Source: Octopus bimaculoides (taxonomy: Eukaryota). Taken from it: a stretch of 64,000 nucleotides of DNA. The notes beneath the pieces are model-generated. The model had not been told where the DNA came from. It searched no databases and saw only the letters and a list, made by a program, of their open reading frames with translations. The translations under genes were made by a program, and so were the position numbers. The first letter of the stretch is position 1; each line of letters begins with the position of its first letter. Shown piece by piece: positions 23,931 through 36,415 of the stretch. Location: positions 66,519,634 to 66,583,633 of the forward strand of contig NC_068983.1 in the NCBI RefSeq assembly GCF_001194135.2, read 5' to 3'.

Positions 23931-24017
23931 TGCTTCTGAGGAGAGTGGTTTCTTTCAAATAGATGTAATGTTTTCATTGATTGATTAAATGGAGCCACTT
24001 GAAACAGCCATAATGCA
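23931..24017 (+). ncRNA. Hammerhead motif in right pseudo-LTR arm
   Basis: tgctt-CTGAGGA-GAGTGGTTTC...GGAGCCACTT-GAAAC-AGCC-ATA-atgca. Confidence 0.55.
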
Positions 24018-24038
24018 TTGATATCTGAACACCCTTGT

Positions 24039-24119
<81 letters not shown>

Positions 24120-24299
24120 ATATGTATACACCCTGACACATCTTCACCATTAAATCTCCTTCCTCTTTCTCTCTTTCCACTATCTCTCCTTTCCCTCTCC
24201 AACTGAGGTAACCAGGTATCCTGTCCAAACCAAGACACCTATTTCTGTTCCTCTTTTCATATTCTAACTTGTCATCACCTGGCACAAAGTCACCTCCCA

Positions 24300-24535
24300 C
24301 AATACTACTCCCTGCTCATCTGAGAGGTCTCGTCTTGCAAGTTACTTGGTGTCTTCACTGCTCCTGGTACCATATTAAAAGCACCCAGTATGGTCTGTAA
24401 AGTGTTTGGCATTAAGAAGGGCATCCAGTCGTAGAGACCATACCAAAACAGATTGTACAACTTGATGCAGTTATTCTACTTGCCAGCTCCTGTCAAACAA
24501 TCCAACCCATGCCAGCATGAATGGAGGGTGATGAG
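24300..24535 (+). mobile_element. RTE-tailed SINE / RTE 3' end
   Basis: aaaagcacccagtatggtctgtaaagtgtttggcattaagaagggcatccag...caacccatgccagcatg. Confidence 0.7.
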
Positions 24536-24889
24536 TGAGGTTGATATAAATGTATGTGTGTATGTATACATATATACATACATATGTGTGTGTGTGTGGG
24601 GGGGGGTGCATATATATNNNNNNNNNNATATATATATATATATATATATATATAACCCATACCAACATGGAAATCAGATGCTAAATGATGATGATATATG
24701 CTCACACATATGTAATGCATGTGTGCATATATAATGCTTATATTTATAGATGTTGAATTCTTCTCACTTCCAGCCCAATCCACTTCCCTTCCCACTTTGT
24801 ATCCCCTTCTGTTGTTGATTATTTAATGCTCCTGGAAATGAGTACAATATCATCAATGAATTTGAAATGATTTAGTATGCATCAATTTG

Positions 24890-25035
24890 TATTTATTCCT
24901 CTATCTGACCAATATATATTTTGAAAAACCTTTTCTATTACAGATGTGAATAATTTGGTGTCTCCTTGTCTGACTCCTTTACCAATTTTGATATCAAATA
25001 CATTGTTGTTTATAGTTGCTGTAATTCTACAGTTG
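24890..25035 (-). pseudogene. Non-LTR RT fragment
   Basis: FDIKIGKGVRQGDTKLFTSVIEKVF (GVRQGD motif). Confidence 0.65.
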
Positions 25036-26739
25036 GTGTAAACATTCTTATATATACATATGTATATGTGTGTGTGTATAGTTGATATTACATGTGTACA
25101 TTTTGGCAACTGATAATAAAATCTTGCATGAAGTACAAGTTCTATTATACAGAATATTTTCAATGGTGGAAATGGAATCAGTACCAGTTCATCTATCATG
25201 TTGAGGAAATTTATCCATTCATTCACTCTGTATACAAAGCAAAGACTGTTTGAGCTATGTATCTTAAGTGTGATGTATATTAATTGGAAATGAGTGACAA
25301 AAGTAGCAGTTCACTAGTGGCTTATAAAGAACGAATTAAACATGGTCTGTTTACTAGAAGAGTCATGTGAATACAAAGGACAGCTGACATGCCAAGGGAC
25401 CAATGTTAGAATTAAATGTACCATGCATATAGAATGGGGGAAGAGCATTGTTAGAGGTAGAGGAGAGATAAAGCAGAAGTAAAATAAAGAAAATATTGAG
25501 CTGATACATTTTGATGTAATCTGAAAGAGCATGAGCTCAAAGAAGAATCAATGAACAGATTAGCTGAACTTGATGGAGGATTAGTTCTTCTGTTTTATCT
25601 TTTGAATATTGTATTGTAGATTTTTAGCTGTAGATGACCAACAAATGTAAATTCACCCATTATACGGAACAGCCTATCTTTTATTTACTTCTGTATATCA
25701 TGTCTCAAAAGAAAGTTCACAACGAGTTTCAGTATTTACTTTGATGAGAACAGAGCAGAACACAAATTTTTTCATGGCTGCATAAAATAATGAATGATCG
25801 TTTTGATTTGACATTAGCCAGATTTTGTACAGATTTGGATACAGTCAATTGAATTGCTTCAAGAATATTATTGGACTTTATTGATCCTGATGAAAGGAAA
25901 GCATAAGTCAACCTCAGCAAGATTAAACTCCGAATATAGAATTTTCTCAGATTTTAAAAAAAGATTTTGTAATGTGATGATAAGTTCAGTTGCTGTGAGA
26001 AGTGAAAGGTCTAACTTTTGGACTGATATACTTTACAGTGAATAGAGAAAATATAAATGTTTGACCTTTCTGTTCCTCACAGCAGTTGAACTTACTGATA
26101 CTCTACAAATTCTCTTTTGTTGATGCTGATTTTCACAAATTAACTTTTGATTTTGGACTTCATCTTGTTTGGCTTTAGTTTGGCATTATAATCTCCTAAT
26201 TCATAATAACATAATAAAGTGAAATCTGCTAGTTTCTGCTTTCATGATAATTGAAGGCATTGAATTATTACTTTTATTTTGTTATATAGATAATTAAACG
26301 TAAGCATATCAAGATAATGACCATTGTATAAACATTGGTACCCACATACATATATATACACAGCTATGTATGCACACACATAACCAGCTGAACAAATTAA
26401 GTTGTGAAAAAGTACTTGAAGCTATGGAAAAGCTTTTGAATAAACATAAATAAAAACAAAAAGGAAGAAACTGAGAATGTTCTTACCACATCTACTTGGC
26501 CCTTACCCCATTCTGCATAAAATTTTCGTTGAGAGCTGTGTTCAGAATGCCTTCATATTTCTCTATTCTTTGTTGAAGTGTGAGAGCTTGAAATGTTTAG
26601 ACTTCCCACTTTTAACAATAGTAAAAATTATTAACATTCTATGAACTCTCTTTTGGATTAATTATTGCTTATGTAAACCATTAGATCCTGGATTTTATCC
26701 ACTTTCTAAAAGGTTTGATTTTATTTTGCTCACATTTGC

Positions 26740-26903
26740 CAGTGCTGCTGGACTGACTCCCATGCAGGTGGCACGTAAAAAACACCTTTTTGAGCATGGC
26801 TGTTGCCAGTACCATGTGACTAGCCCTCATGCCGGTGGCGCATAAAAGCACCCACTACACTCTTGGAGTGGTTGGTGTTAGGAAGGACATCCAGCTGTAG
26901 AGA
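26740..26903 (+). mobile_element. RTE-tailed SINE fragment
   Basis: gagcatggctgttgccagtacc...aaagcacccactacactcttggagtggttggtgttaggaaggacatccagctgtaga. Confidence 0.75.
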
Positions 26904-29900
26904 GCATGTTTCCCTACCCCATAAAATTCTGTTGACTGTTCTTGTGTCATTAATTATACCTGTCCTAAACAAAATGGCATTACTTTTTGACTCACCCTCG
27001 TGTATATAAATATATCAAGGCACACACAGTTTTACAAAAGTACATTTATATACATGCATGATTTCCACTTGCACCAATGCTATTATCTTTTGTTGGATAA
27101 TATTTCGAGGCTCTGTCCTTGAGATAGGTGGATGACATGGTTTTACTTTTATTATTTTTTGTATGCATTTATCTTAATGAAGATTTTCCTCAAAATGTTT
27201 TGTGTACAGATTAGTGTCATAATCAGAGCATAACACTCGCAATGAACCTGTCTTAATAAATGATTAAGTATATTAGAATGTATTAGAAATATAAAGTAAT
27301 TGGAATTACAAAATGCAACCAGAAGACAATATTTTTATTTTACTAAAGGTTATATTATATGCATGCTAGACTACCCGTGACCCATTGGATCACTTACAGT
27401 TCAAGTTATAGAACATTGAAGCTGATTTCAACATTGCTTTGAAATAGAAGTTAATTTTATGATGATTCAGTTAAATATTTCAATTCGTTCGTGTCATCAT
27501 AGGTTTGTTTTACAAGTTGATGTTTAAGGTTTTATTGATTATTTACAGTATCTAATAGAAGTAGAACTTCCAGGATAAACTTGAATTCCAGTAACAGCAT
27601 TTATTTATGACATATGTGTGCACTTCTACAAAAATGCAAAAGGAATTGTTATAAAATGTAAACATTAAATTAATGGAAACAATTTTCACAGTATTATACA
27701 TTCCCATTACAGGGTGATTTTACTTTCGGTGTATTTTCCCATTATGCACTGTTTTGGCTATTTATGAAGGTACACCCCAAAAAACATGTATTTCTGGAAT
27801 CTGTGGTGCAATTTACACGAAACTTGTTTTATACCATTTGTATTCACATTTCAGGGGTATCTTACATTTGGAGTATTTTCTCATTATGTGCCGATTTGGC
27901 TGTATTAGATTACAAACAAGCAAGCACACAAGCAAGTAAGCAATCACAGAGTTTTATACCCATTCTCAGTTTTATATCCATAACCAACTGTTGGTACCAG
28001 TATTATGTGGTTGTACAGTTTTCTTTATAACATTTATATTGCCTAGTTGAAAAGCTGGTTAGTATTTTAGTGTAAACATAAAGAGACAATCATAAAGGCG
28101 GGTAAAAAATTTTAGCTACCATAATATTATAACGTATGTAAATGTGAAAGACACTTTATATGAGAACAGTACAATACTGCATAATTGCTATTAACACATT
28201 CTTCTTATTAGAATGCAAAATCACAAACTTATAGACATTTAACATTGTTATGAAATATCATTTTCAGTTATCACAACACATCATGGCTCAACACAGTTTT
28301 ACAAATCAAATACATTTTATTCACTGAAATATTGATTTATGTATACCATTTTTACAAAGATTCCAGAAATCAAGTAAGGCAATTGTAGCTTACTAGAAAC
28401 ATAATTTATGTATGAAATAAACTACATAGAAACATCTGGTATGGATATTTTTTAATACAAAAAAGTATTTTAGAAGAGATGTCGTTAGCAATCAATATGC
28501 AATTTTAGTCTTTTATTTGTATCATTTTGTGTTTGATCTTGCTTCAGTTTAGTTTGGAAAATCAATGCAACAACAATTATAAATGACATAATGTTGACTG
28601 CTATACAGACACTACAATATGTGTCCTCTGAGGATTGCCTGTTTAGATTGTTTAATACACATTTAAATGAACACTATATTCTACAATGATTTCTATGTCA
28701 TAAAGGATAAATACAGCATAACCTCATTTATTTACATAAACATATCTATTTTGCAAATCTACAAAAATTGAGGAAGGTGAGGTGTCTTTATGCTAGGAAA
28801 TGAGGGTTAAGGTATGAGAGAAGTGGGTGGGATAGAGCAAGTTCTTGTTGAGAAGCTACAAAGCTACTTACATTTCAGGGAAAAGCGAGAATGAATCAGT
28901 AGTAACTGCAAAGACATAACTAGTGGTGATGAGATGTCCAGGTGGCACCTCAAGGTGCAAAGTGGAGTAGAAGTGAGGGAGCACAGAAGCTAGGAGTGTA
29001 TGTGATTGGGTGTTTGCAAGAGATAGAGCGAGCAAATGGGAGAGAGGAGATTGGCAACATCTGAAAAAATTAGGTAAGGTTGAAAGGTGGATGTGAGAAT
29101 GGTTGATACAAGAGTGGGAAATGGCCAGTGGTGCATGAGTTGGAGAAGGTTGAGGGATGCAACAAGTAAGCAGCAACAGGATAGTACTAATGATGCATTC
29201 AACAGGGGAAGAATAAGAGAGAGATAACATATATTTGAGTAGGCTGCATGAGATGTGGAGAGAGAGAGAGAGAAAGAGAAAGACAGACAGGCATAGTACA
29301 TGAGAAGAAATAGTTGGTGGCCCATTGAGAGTAGAGGAGGAGCAGTGACCAATGTAACATATGGGTAAAGAAAAAAGTATTAATGGATGAATAATGCCTA
29401 ACAAGTCAAAAATGGTTGAGTAGCAAGAAGGAAAAGTATTATTAGGAAACAGAAGGGAGTTGCAGTGGGAGCATTGTGATGGTGGTGAGGTGTGAAGTGG
29501 AGATTGATTAGTGAGATACCCATTTGTTCTGCATGCGTGCACGCATGCACACACACACACATGTAAAATCAATAAAAAGAGTACAGTGAAATTGCTGTGA
29601 AGAGTGGAGAATCTAGTGTTCTTGTTCTGGGAAGATGTGAAAGATGTGAAATAGATGAATTATAGCAGACTTTTACATCCTCTGAGTTAAAAGAAAATCT
29701 GGTTGCTTTCTCTCATTTATTTCTCTCCTTTCAAATTTTCCACAATGAAGGACACTGCCTGAAATGTTGGATTTTTCACTCCTCACAGCAAGTTCACTGT
29801 ACTCTTTTATCAATTATTATTACATTATATAATGCAGACCAAAACAAGCTTTTTTGTAGTCTGTTTAATCATTTATGTCCAGACACAGATTTTCAGAAAT

Positions 29901-29989
29901 CAGTTTTGTCATGATGATGGGTCTTTTCAAGAACCACATATCACCAGACTTTTCAGTCCTTTGCCATCTCTTCTGTGAAACTCAAATTC

Positions 29990-31860
29990 CTGATGTCAGC
30001 CTTCACCACTTTGTCCTGTGTTTTCTTGGGTCTCTGTTATCCATAAGTTCCAGCCATGTTTAGTGAATGGCATTTCTTTATACAGCCCTGCCCATCCATA
30101 TGCATCACATGTCAATACCAGTGCAGTCTTCTTTCTTGCACACTGCATTTGATCCCACTTATGCTCAGTTTTTCTCCGAGTGCATTTATACTCTGTTGTT
30201 CATGTACACTTACATTTCACATCTAGTGGAGCATGCTCACTTCATTTCTTGTCCTCACTGCTAGATATTATTGCATTTCCAACACAAGCATCATAAATCT
30301 GCCTTTCACTCTGTGGAAAAAGATCTTTGTTGCCAGCAGCAGTAGTAGTTCCCTGAAATTCTTCAACCTGTTCTTACTCTGGCTACTATACTTTTAGAGT
30401 GACCACTTCTTTACTGATAGCATGCCCTAGGTAGCAAAAGTTGTCAACTACTTTTAGTGAGCCATTCAGGCATTCAAATGAGTCTTTTTCTGGTATGTTC
30501 ATACAATGTACTCCACAAATGCATCTATCACATATGAAATCTACGTTCTCTACTAGTCTGCCTGTGATTCCATTTCATCTCTTGTGTGTTCATAAAAATC
30601 GGCACTGAATACAGCATATCAAGTTTATACCTCCTGTTTTTCTGCATAGGCCATTTCCCTGAAAATATCAGAGTTCTGTCTCCTTTATTACTTACTAAGA
30701 CCTTTGTCTTGGCTAAATTTACCTTTAGACCTCCGGATTTTTTACCTTTAGATCTTCAATATATTGGAGTTTTCATAAACAGTCTTTAAATCCTTTGTGA
30801 TGGTATGTAGGACTATGATGAGTCTGAGGAAACTTAGAACTGAACCTTGATGGACTCCAACTCGCATGCTTAATTCCCTAAAGTCATTGTTGACTCTCAA
30901 TTTACTGCATCCTTGTACATGGCTTTCACAACTCTCACACACCATTCGTCAAACTTTAGTTTACTTATTGGCCACCAGATTACTGTATGTAGTACCATGT
31001 CAAATGCATTCTTCAGGTCAATAATGACCAAGAATAATAGTTTACACTTAGCCAAGAATTTCTTTTGTAGGTACTTCATTAGAAAGATTACATTTGTGGT
31101 ACTTCTCTCAGATACAGAACCAAACTGAATCTCATATTGATCTATCCTGTCACAAATCAATTTTTATGACTCGCTTTCTTTAACTACATAACCTGATCCA
31201 GTAATTTGATTCTCTATAATTGCTTCTCTCTAAGGTATTTCCTTTGTCTTTGTAGCAGTTTACAATGATGCTGCTATGCCAGTCAATGAGTGTATGTCCT
31301 TCTTGTATAAGTTGATTTACAGGTGGTAACCCTGTAGCCTACCACACCAGATATTTTGAGCATCTCTGAAACTATCCCTGATGGACCTGTAGCTTTCCCT
31401 CTCTTCATGTCCTTGGTTGCTTTATCTACTATACTGCTGTCAACTTGAATTGTTGGTCCCTCTGTAGGGTCAGAAGAGGTAGCTGCTCTTTATCCCATGC
31501 ATACTCCACATGCAACAGTCTCACATAATAACGCTTTCCATATCAATAGCTAGTATGATCTCAACATTCCAGATACACTTCTCACAAGGATATCTTACAC
31601 ATTGTCTTGTGATCCTGAAACCCTATGCCTCTGATCCTCATGTTGCAAGACATGCAAATCTTTTCGTCTTTACCTCATCTTTTACTAAATATTCCTGTTG
31701 TCTTGCTCTTCTTGTCACTTGGTAATGCACCCTTATTACTACCTTCCTTCTAGGTTTTCCATGCCTGTCTCAACCTTTACTGCCCTATCAGCCATATTGC
31801 TCTTTTGGCTTGGTCACAACTTTGCTCCTGGCACATATTTGCTCTGGCCTTGAGTAAGTT
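29990..31860 (-). mobile_element. Degraded RTE LINE
   Basis: QFGSVSERSTTNVIF...YLQKKFLAK...IDLKNAFDMV...GVHQGSVLS; same family as 6438-8570. Confidence 0.8.
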
Positions 31861-31939
31861 ATTTCATTGTAATTTTGGGTTTTCATTTACACTACAAGTA
31901 TCTAAATCTACCTCCTACTGGTAGGAGTTGGAATTTCTC

Positions 31940-32130
31940 TAACCACTTAGCATCCAGATTACTCTGTAAAATGTAATGCTTATTTATTCACATTGTTTTG
32001 AATTAATCATGCAATATCTTGCAGTTATGAGGTTCTGATGATGTGATCATTTAGTTTTATAATGACATTTTAGGTTATATGTGAGAGGCCAGATCTGGTT
32101 AGTTTGAACATAGAACAGGTAGAATATTGG
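31940..32130 (-). mobile_element. piggyBac-related MITE, one end eroded
   Basis: taaccacttagcatccagattactctgtaaaatgtaatgcttatttattcacatt matches rc of the piggyBac right end (61150-61212). Confidence 0.65.
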
Positions 32131-33306
32131 GTATGTATATACTTACTTGGAAATGGATGTGTGGCGTTCAATTAAATAATATATATATATGTATATATGT
32201 ATGTATATATGAGTATTGGACATCACCAACTGTGTAAACAATATGAAGTACAAAAACAAATGAGTTAAATATGCAAACAACGAGAGAAAAATGGAAAACT
32301 GGGCAAGTAACATGGAGAACAACCTTTCATCAGTTGTTGGCTGTTTATCTACTCCACATTTTGAGCATTCAATGACAACATGAATTTTCGAAGACAGTTG
32401 CTCCCATAAATTCTAAAATAAAATTTTGGGCTTATGGAGGATCAAAGTTGGGAACAGTGGAGATATACAAGGAAACTGAATGAAAACAAAGATGGAGGGT
32501 CATTAGACCTGAATGAGAGGAAACTAGTGAATGCTGGGAGAAATATTTTCTTTGAAAAAAGAAAAGATAGAAGACGTCTAGTTCTTAGAGCGTCGTGCAA
32601 GGACTAGATGTCTTCTATCTCTCTCTGCTATCTTTTCTCTTGTTTGCATATTTAACTTGTTTGCTTTTGTGCTTCATGTTGTTTGCACAGTTGGTGACAT
32701 TCTGTACCCATATATGCATATATATATATATATATATATAATTTATATTATTATGTATATATATATATATGTAGGTATGTATGTATGTATGTATGTATGT
32801 ATATATGTATATATATATGTATATATATATATATATATATATAATTTATATNNNNNNNNNNNNNNNNNNNNNNNNNNNNNNNNNNNNNNNNNNNNNNNNN
32901 NNNNNNNNNNNNNNNNNNNNNNNNNNNNNNNNNNNNNNNNNNNNNNNNNNNNNNNNNNNNNNNNNNNNNNNNNNNNNNNNNNNNNNNNNNNNNNNNNNNN
33001 NNNNNNNNNNNNNNNNNNNNNNNNNNNNNNNNNNNNNNNNNNNNNNNNNNNNNNNNNNNNNNNNNNNNNNNNNNNNNNNNNNNNNNNNNNNNNNNNNNNN
33101 NNNNNNNNNNNNNNNNNNNNNNNNNNNNNNNNNNNNNNNNNNNNNNNNNNNNNNNNNNNNNNNNNNNNNNNNNNNNNNNNNNNNNNNNNNNNNNNNNNNN
33201 NNNNNNNNNNNNNNNNNNNNNNNNNNNNNNNNNNNNNNNNNNNNNNNNNNNNNNNNNNNNNNNNNNNNNNNNNNNNNNNNNNNNNNNNNNNNNNNNNNNN
33301 NNNNNN

Positions 33307-33345
<39 letters not shown>

Positions 33346-33402
33346 ACACACATATACATGCATACATATACAAACACATATACAAGCACAAATACACACA
33401 TG

Positions 33403-33451
<49 letters not shown>

Positions 33452-33478
33452 GTGTGTGTGTGTGTGTGNNNNNNNNNN

Positions 33479-33546
<68 letters not shown>

Positions 33547-33963
33547 ATGTGTGCTCAGTATATGACAAATTTACAGTTCAAGTTGTAGCTCTTATTAATA
33601 ATCACATTAAATCTTCTCTGCTGCATGATCCCAAAGGGTTTCTGTGCAGTCTTAAAAGGGCTGTAACAGAAATTAAAGAGCACATCAATAATGTGAGAAT
33701 AAACATGGGCATGAAGTTTGTATTTATTTATTACATCTTTTACATATATCTTAGTATTTGGTAATTAGCTATTGATTCCATGCTATAAATGTGATCTATA
33801 GGTGTACCTTATAAGTGTAGTATGCATAATCAGAATACGTACCAGGCTTAAAAAATAAATACTGGGGTCAACTAATTCAACTTCAATTCTTCATAGTGGT
33901 GCCTCTGCATGGCCACAACCTAATGTCTGAAGCAAGTAAATGAGAATATAGATATACACACAT

Positions 33964-34015
<52 letters not shown>

Positions 34016-34234
34016 NNNNNNNNNNNNNNNNNNNNNNNNNNNNNNNNNNNNNNNNNNNNNNNNNNNNNNNNNNNNNNNNNNNNNNNNNNNNNNNNNNNNN
34101 NNNNNNNNNNNNNNNNNNNNNNNNNNNNNNNNNNNNNNNNNNNNNNNNNNNNNNNNNNNNNNNNNNNNNNNNNNNNNNNNNNNNNNNNNNNNNNNNNNNN
34201 NACACACACACACACACACACACACACATATTGT

Positions 34235-34400
34235 CATCATCTTCATTTAGCATCTATTTTTCATGGTTTGATTCGAACTGGTAAGCTGGAGAGCTACACC
34301 AGGCTACAGTCATTTTTGACTAGGTTTCTACAGCTGGATGCCCATCCTAATGCCAACTGCTTCATAGAGTGCATGGAGTATCTTTTACATGTCACTCACA
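34235..34400 (-). mobile_element. RTE-tailed SINE 3' part
   Basis: catcatcttcatttagcatctattt-tcatgg...gtttctacagctggatgccc-tcctaatgccaac. Confidence 0.7.
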
Positions 34401-34429
34401 TGGTTGCCTTTTATGTGTTACTGGCACTA

Positions 34430-35280
34430 GCACCTCTCAAGTGTCACTGGCATGTCCTCTGCAGTCACAGCCCATGTTTCACTGCCATGTAGCATGGCTG
34501 TTTGCACACAAGCATCATACAATCTGTCTTTCACTCTCAGGAAGAGGCCCTTTGTTACCAACAAAGGTAGCAGCTCTCTAAACTTCACCCAGCCTGTTCT
34601 TATTCTACTAGCTACACTCTCAGAGCAACTTCATCCACTGCTGACTTGGTCACCTAGGTAATGGAAGTTATTTATTACTTCTAAATATCCCCCTGGGCAT
34701 TTGACAAAGTCTATTCTCTGTACATTCCTAGTGTCTATTATGCCTACATATCTGCCTCACACAAAGACTACTTTCTCTGATAACCTTCCTTTGATACTGC
34801 TGCAGCTCTTATTTGCCCATAGCTTTCACTGGGAGCACCTTATGGAGCTTCTACCTACATCTTTTCTACATATTGAGTAGGGCCATCTCCCAGAAGGGAT
34901 TTGTGATTTGTTTGTTTTCCTACTTGCTAAGACTTTTTTTTTGCTAAAATTAACTCTAAGGCCTTTTAATTCCAGACCTTGCTTCCACACCAGAAAATTG
35001 TTCTCTAGTTGTGATAGTGATTCAGCTTTAAAAACAAGGTCATCAGCATAAAGGAGCTCCCAAAGGCAGCCCTTCTTAAATTCCTCTGTTATGGCCTGGA
35101 GGACTATTGTGAACAAGAGGGGGCTGAGAACTGATCCTTGGTGAACTCCTACCTGTACACTGAATTTATTATTATACTTGTTGACTTTCACCTTAGTGAT
35201 AGCATCCCTGTACATGGCTTGTACAGCTGTCTCTAACCACTCATCTATCCCTAGTTCCACATTGAGCACCAGATATGGTA
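34430..35280 (-). mobile_element. RTE LINE fragment (RT C-terminal half)
   Basis: VGVHQGSVLSPLLF..LQAITEEFKKGCLWELLYADD...SGRWPYSICRK. Confidence 0.9.
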
Positions 35281-35379
35281 GCAGGTGACCCTATTAAAGG
35301 TTTTTCGTTTGTCAACAAAAGTCATGCACTTGCACACATTTATATATATATATATCAACTTCTGTGTGTGTGTGTGTGT

Positions 35380-35429
<50 letters not shown>

Positions 35430-35480
35430 ATAGTTTGATTTATGATAGATATGGAAGATATGAAAATGTTTTGTTTATTA

Positions 35481-35566
35481 ATCACTACAATTGTTTCAAC
35501 CCATCTAGCATCGATCCCTCATGGGTTAGATATTTAACAATTGGCTTAGGAGTATCTTCAGGTGAT
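35481..35566 (-). ncRNA. Minimal type I hammerhead ribozyme, best preserved in the window
   Basis: rc ATCAC-CTGAAGA-T-ACTC...GGGT-T-GAAAC-AATT-GTA-GTGAT: 5-bp stem I, palindromic AATT loop III, GUA triplet. Confidence 0.75.
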
Positions 35567-36415
35567 ATTAGGAGGATGTATCTTGTTAAAGTAACAACTG
35601 TTCCGCAAGGTATATTCTCAGCTTGTGTATAGAAAAGCAGCAAATTAAGGGATACAACTTCATTTTTATAGAAGATCAATAGTAAATAGCAAATGCGAAA
35701 AGAAGTGAATATACAATACAACAAAAAATGTATTAAATATAACTGTCAACAGATATGGATGTATAAACGCCTTCACTTAGGTTATATGGCACACATACAC
35801 TTGCTTGTACAAACATCCACATATAAGCATACACACATGCATGGCTTGGTGCGCATATGCTCACACAGCAAATTAAATAGCTACTTAATGTTTATAAGAA
35901 TGGAGAGGTTAGAGTTAAATCTAATTCTTCCATACAGGTAAATTATGATTATTAATTTGGCTAACAGTTACTCAAATTTATTCCCACTGCATTATGCAAA
36001 AGTGCATTTATAAGCATGTAAGCATCTTGAAAGCCTTTCTATTAATGATCATCTTTTTGATCCACAAATAGACAGGGATTCCTTGGAGCTGAGTTTGCAT
36101 CTCCTGGAATGGATATTATATGGTTGTGCATTCCTTATAATGGACCAAGTTAGATCATATTTAACTTAGATCATATTTAACTTTTGCCACACAAAATCAG
36201 CTAAAAATGTTGAATGCCTCTTGTTGATTTTCTTGATGCTGGCGACATGGTTGCAATAACGATACTTGAATGAATCAGCCGTTGCCCCAATGTAAATGTA
36301 TGGTCCTTCCCTTGTGTGTACAGTACAGTTATATACAAGATTTATACTCCTACAGAGGTTCATCAATGAACATTTTGATTTTTCTCTGCATGAGCATTAG
36401 TTAGATTTAGTTGTA

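Larger units (their letters stand above)
21082..24045 (-). mobile_element. 5'-truncated Penelope-like element with inverted pseudo-LTRs
   Basis: About 525-bp inverted arms 21082-21612 and 23520-24045; GIY-YIG remnant directly inside the right arm; hammerhead motif near the outer end of each arm. Confidence 0.8.

Noticed and set aside
28868-29572. 234-aa minus-strand ORF
   Set aside because: Low-complexity S/L/H/P-rich product of a pyrimidine-skewed tract; no domain motif.
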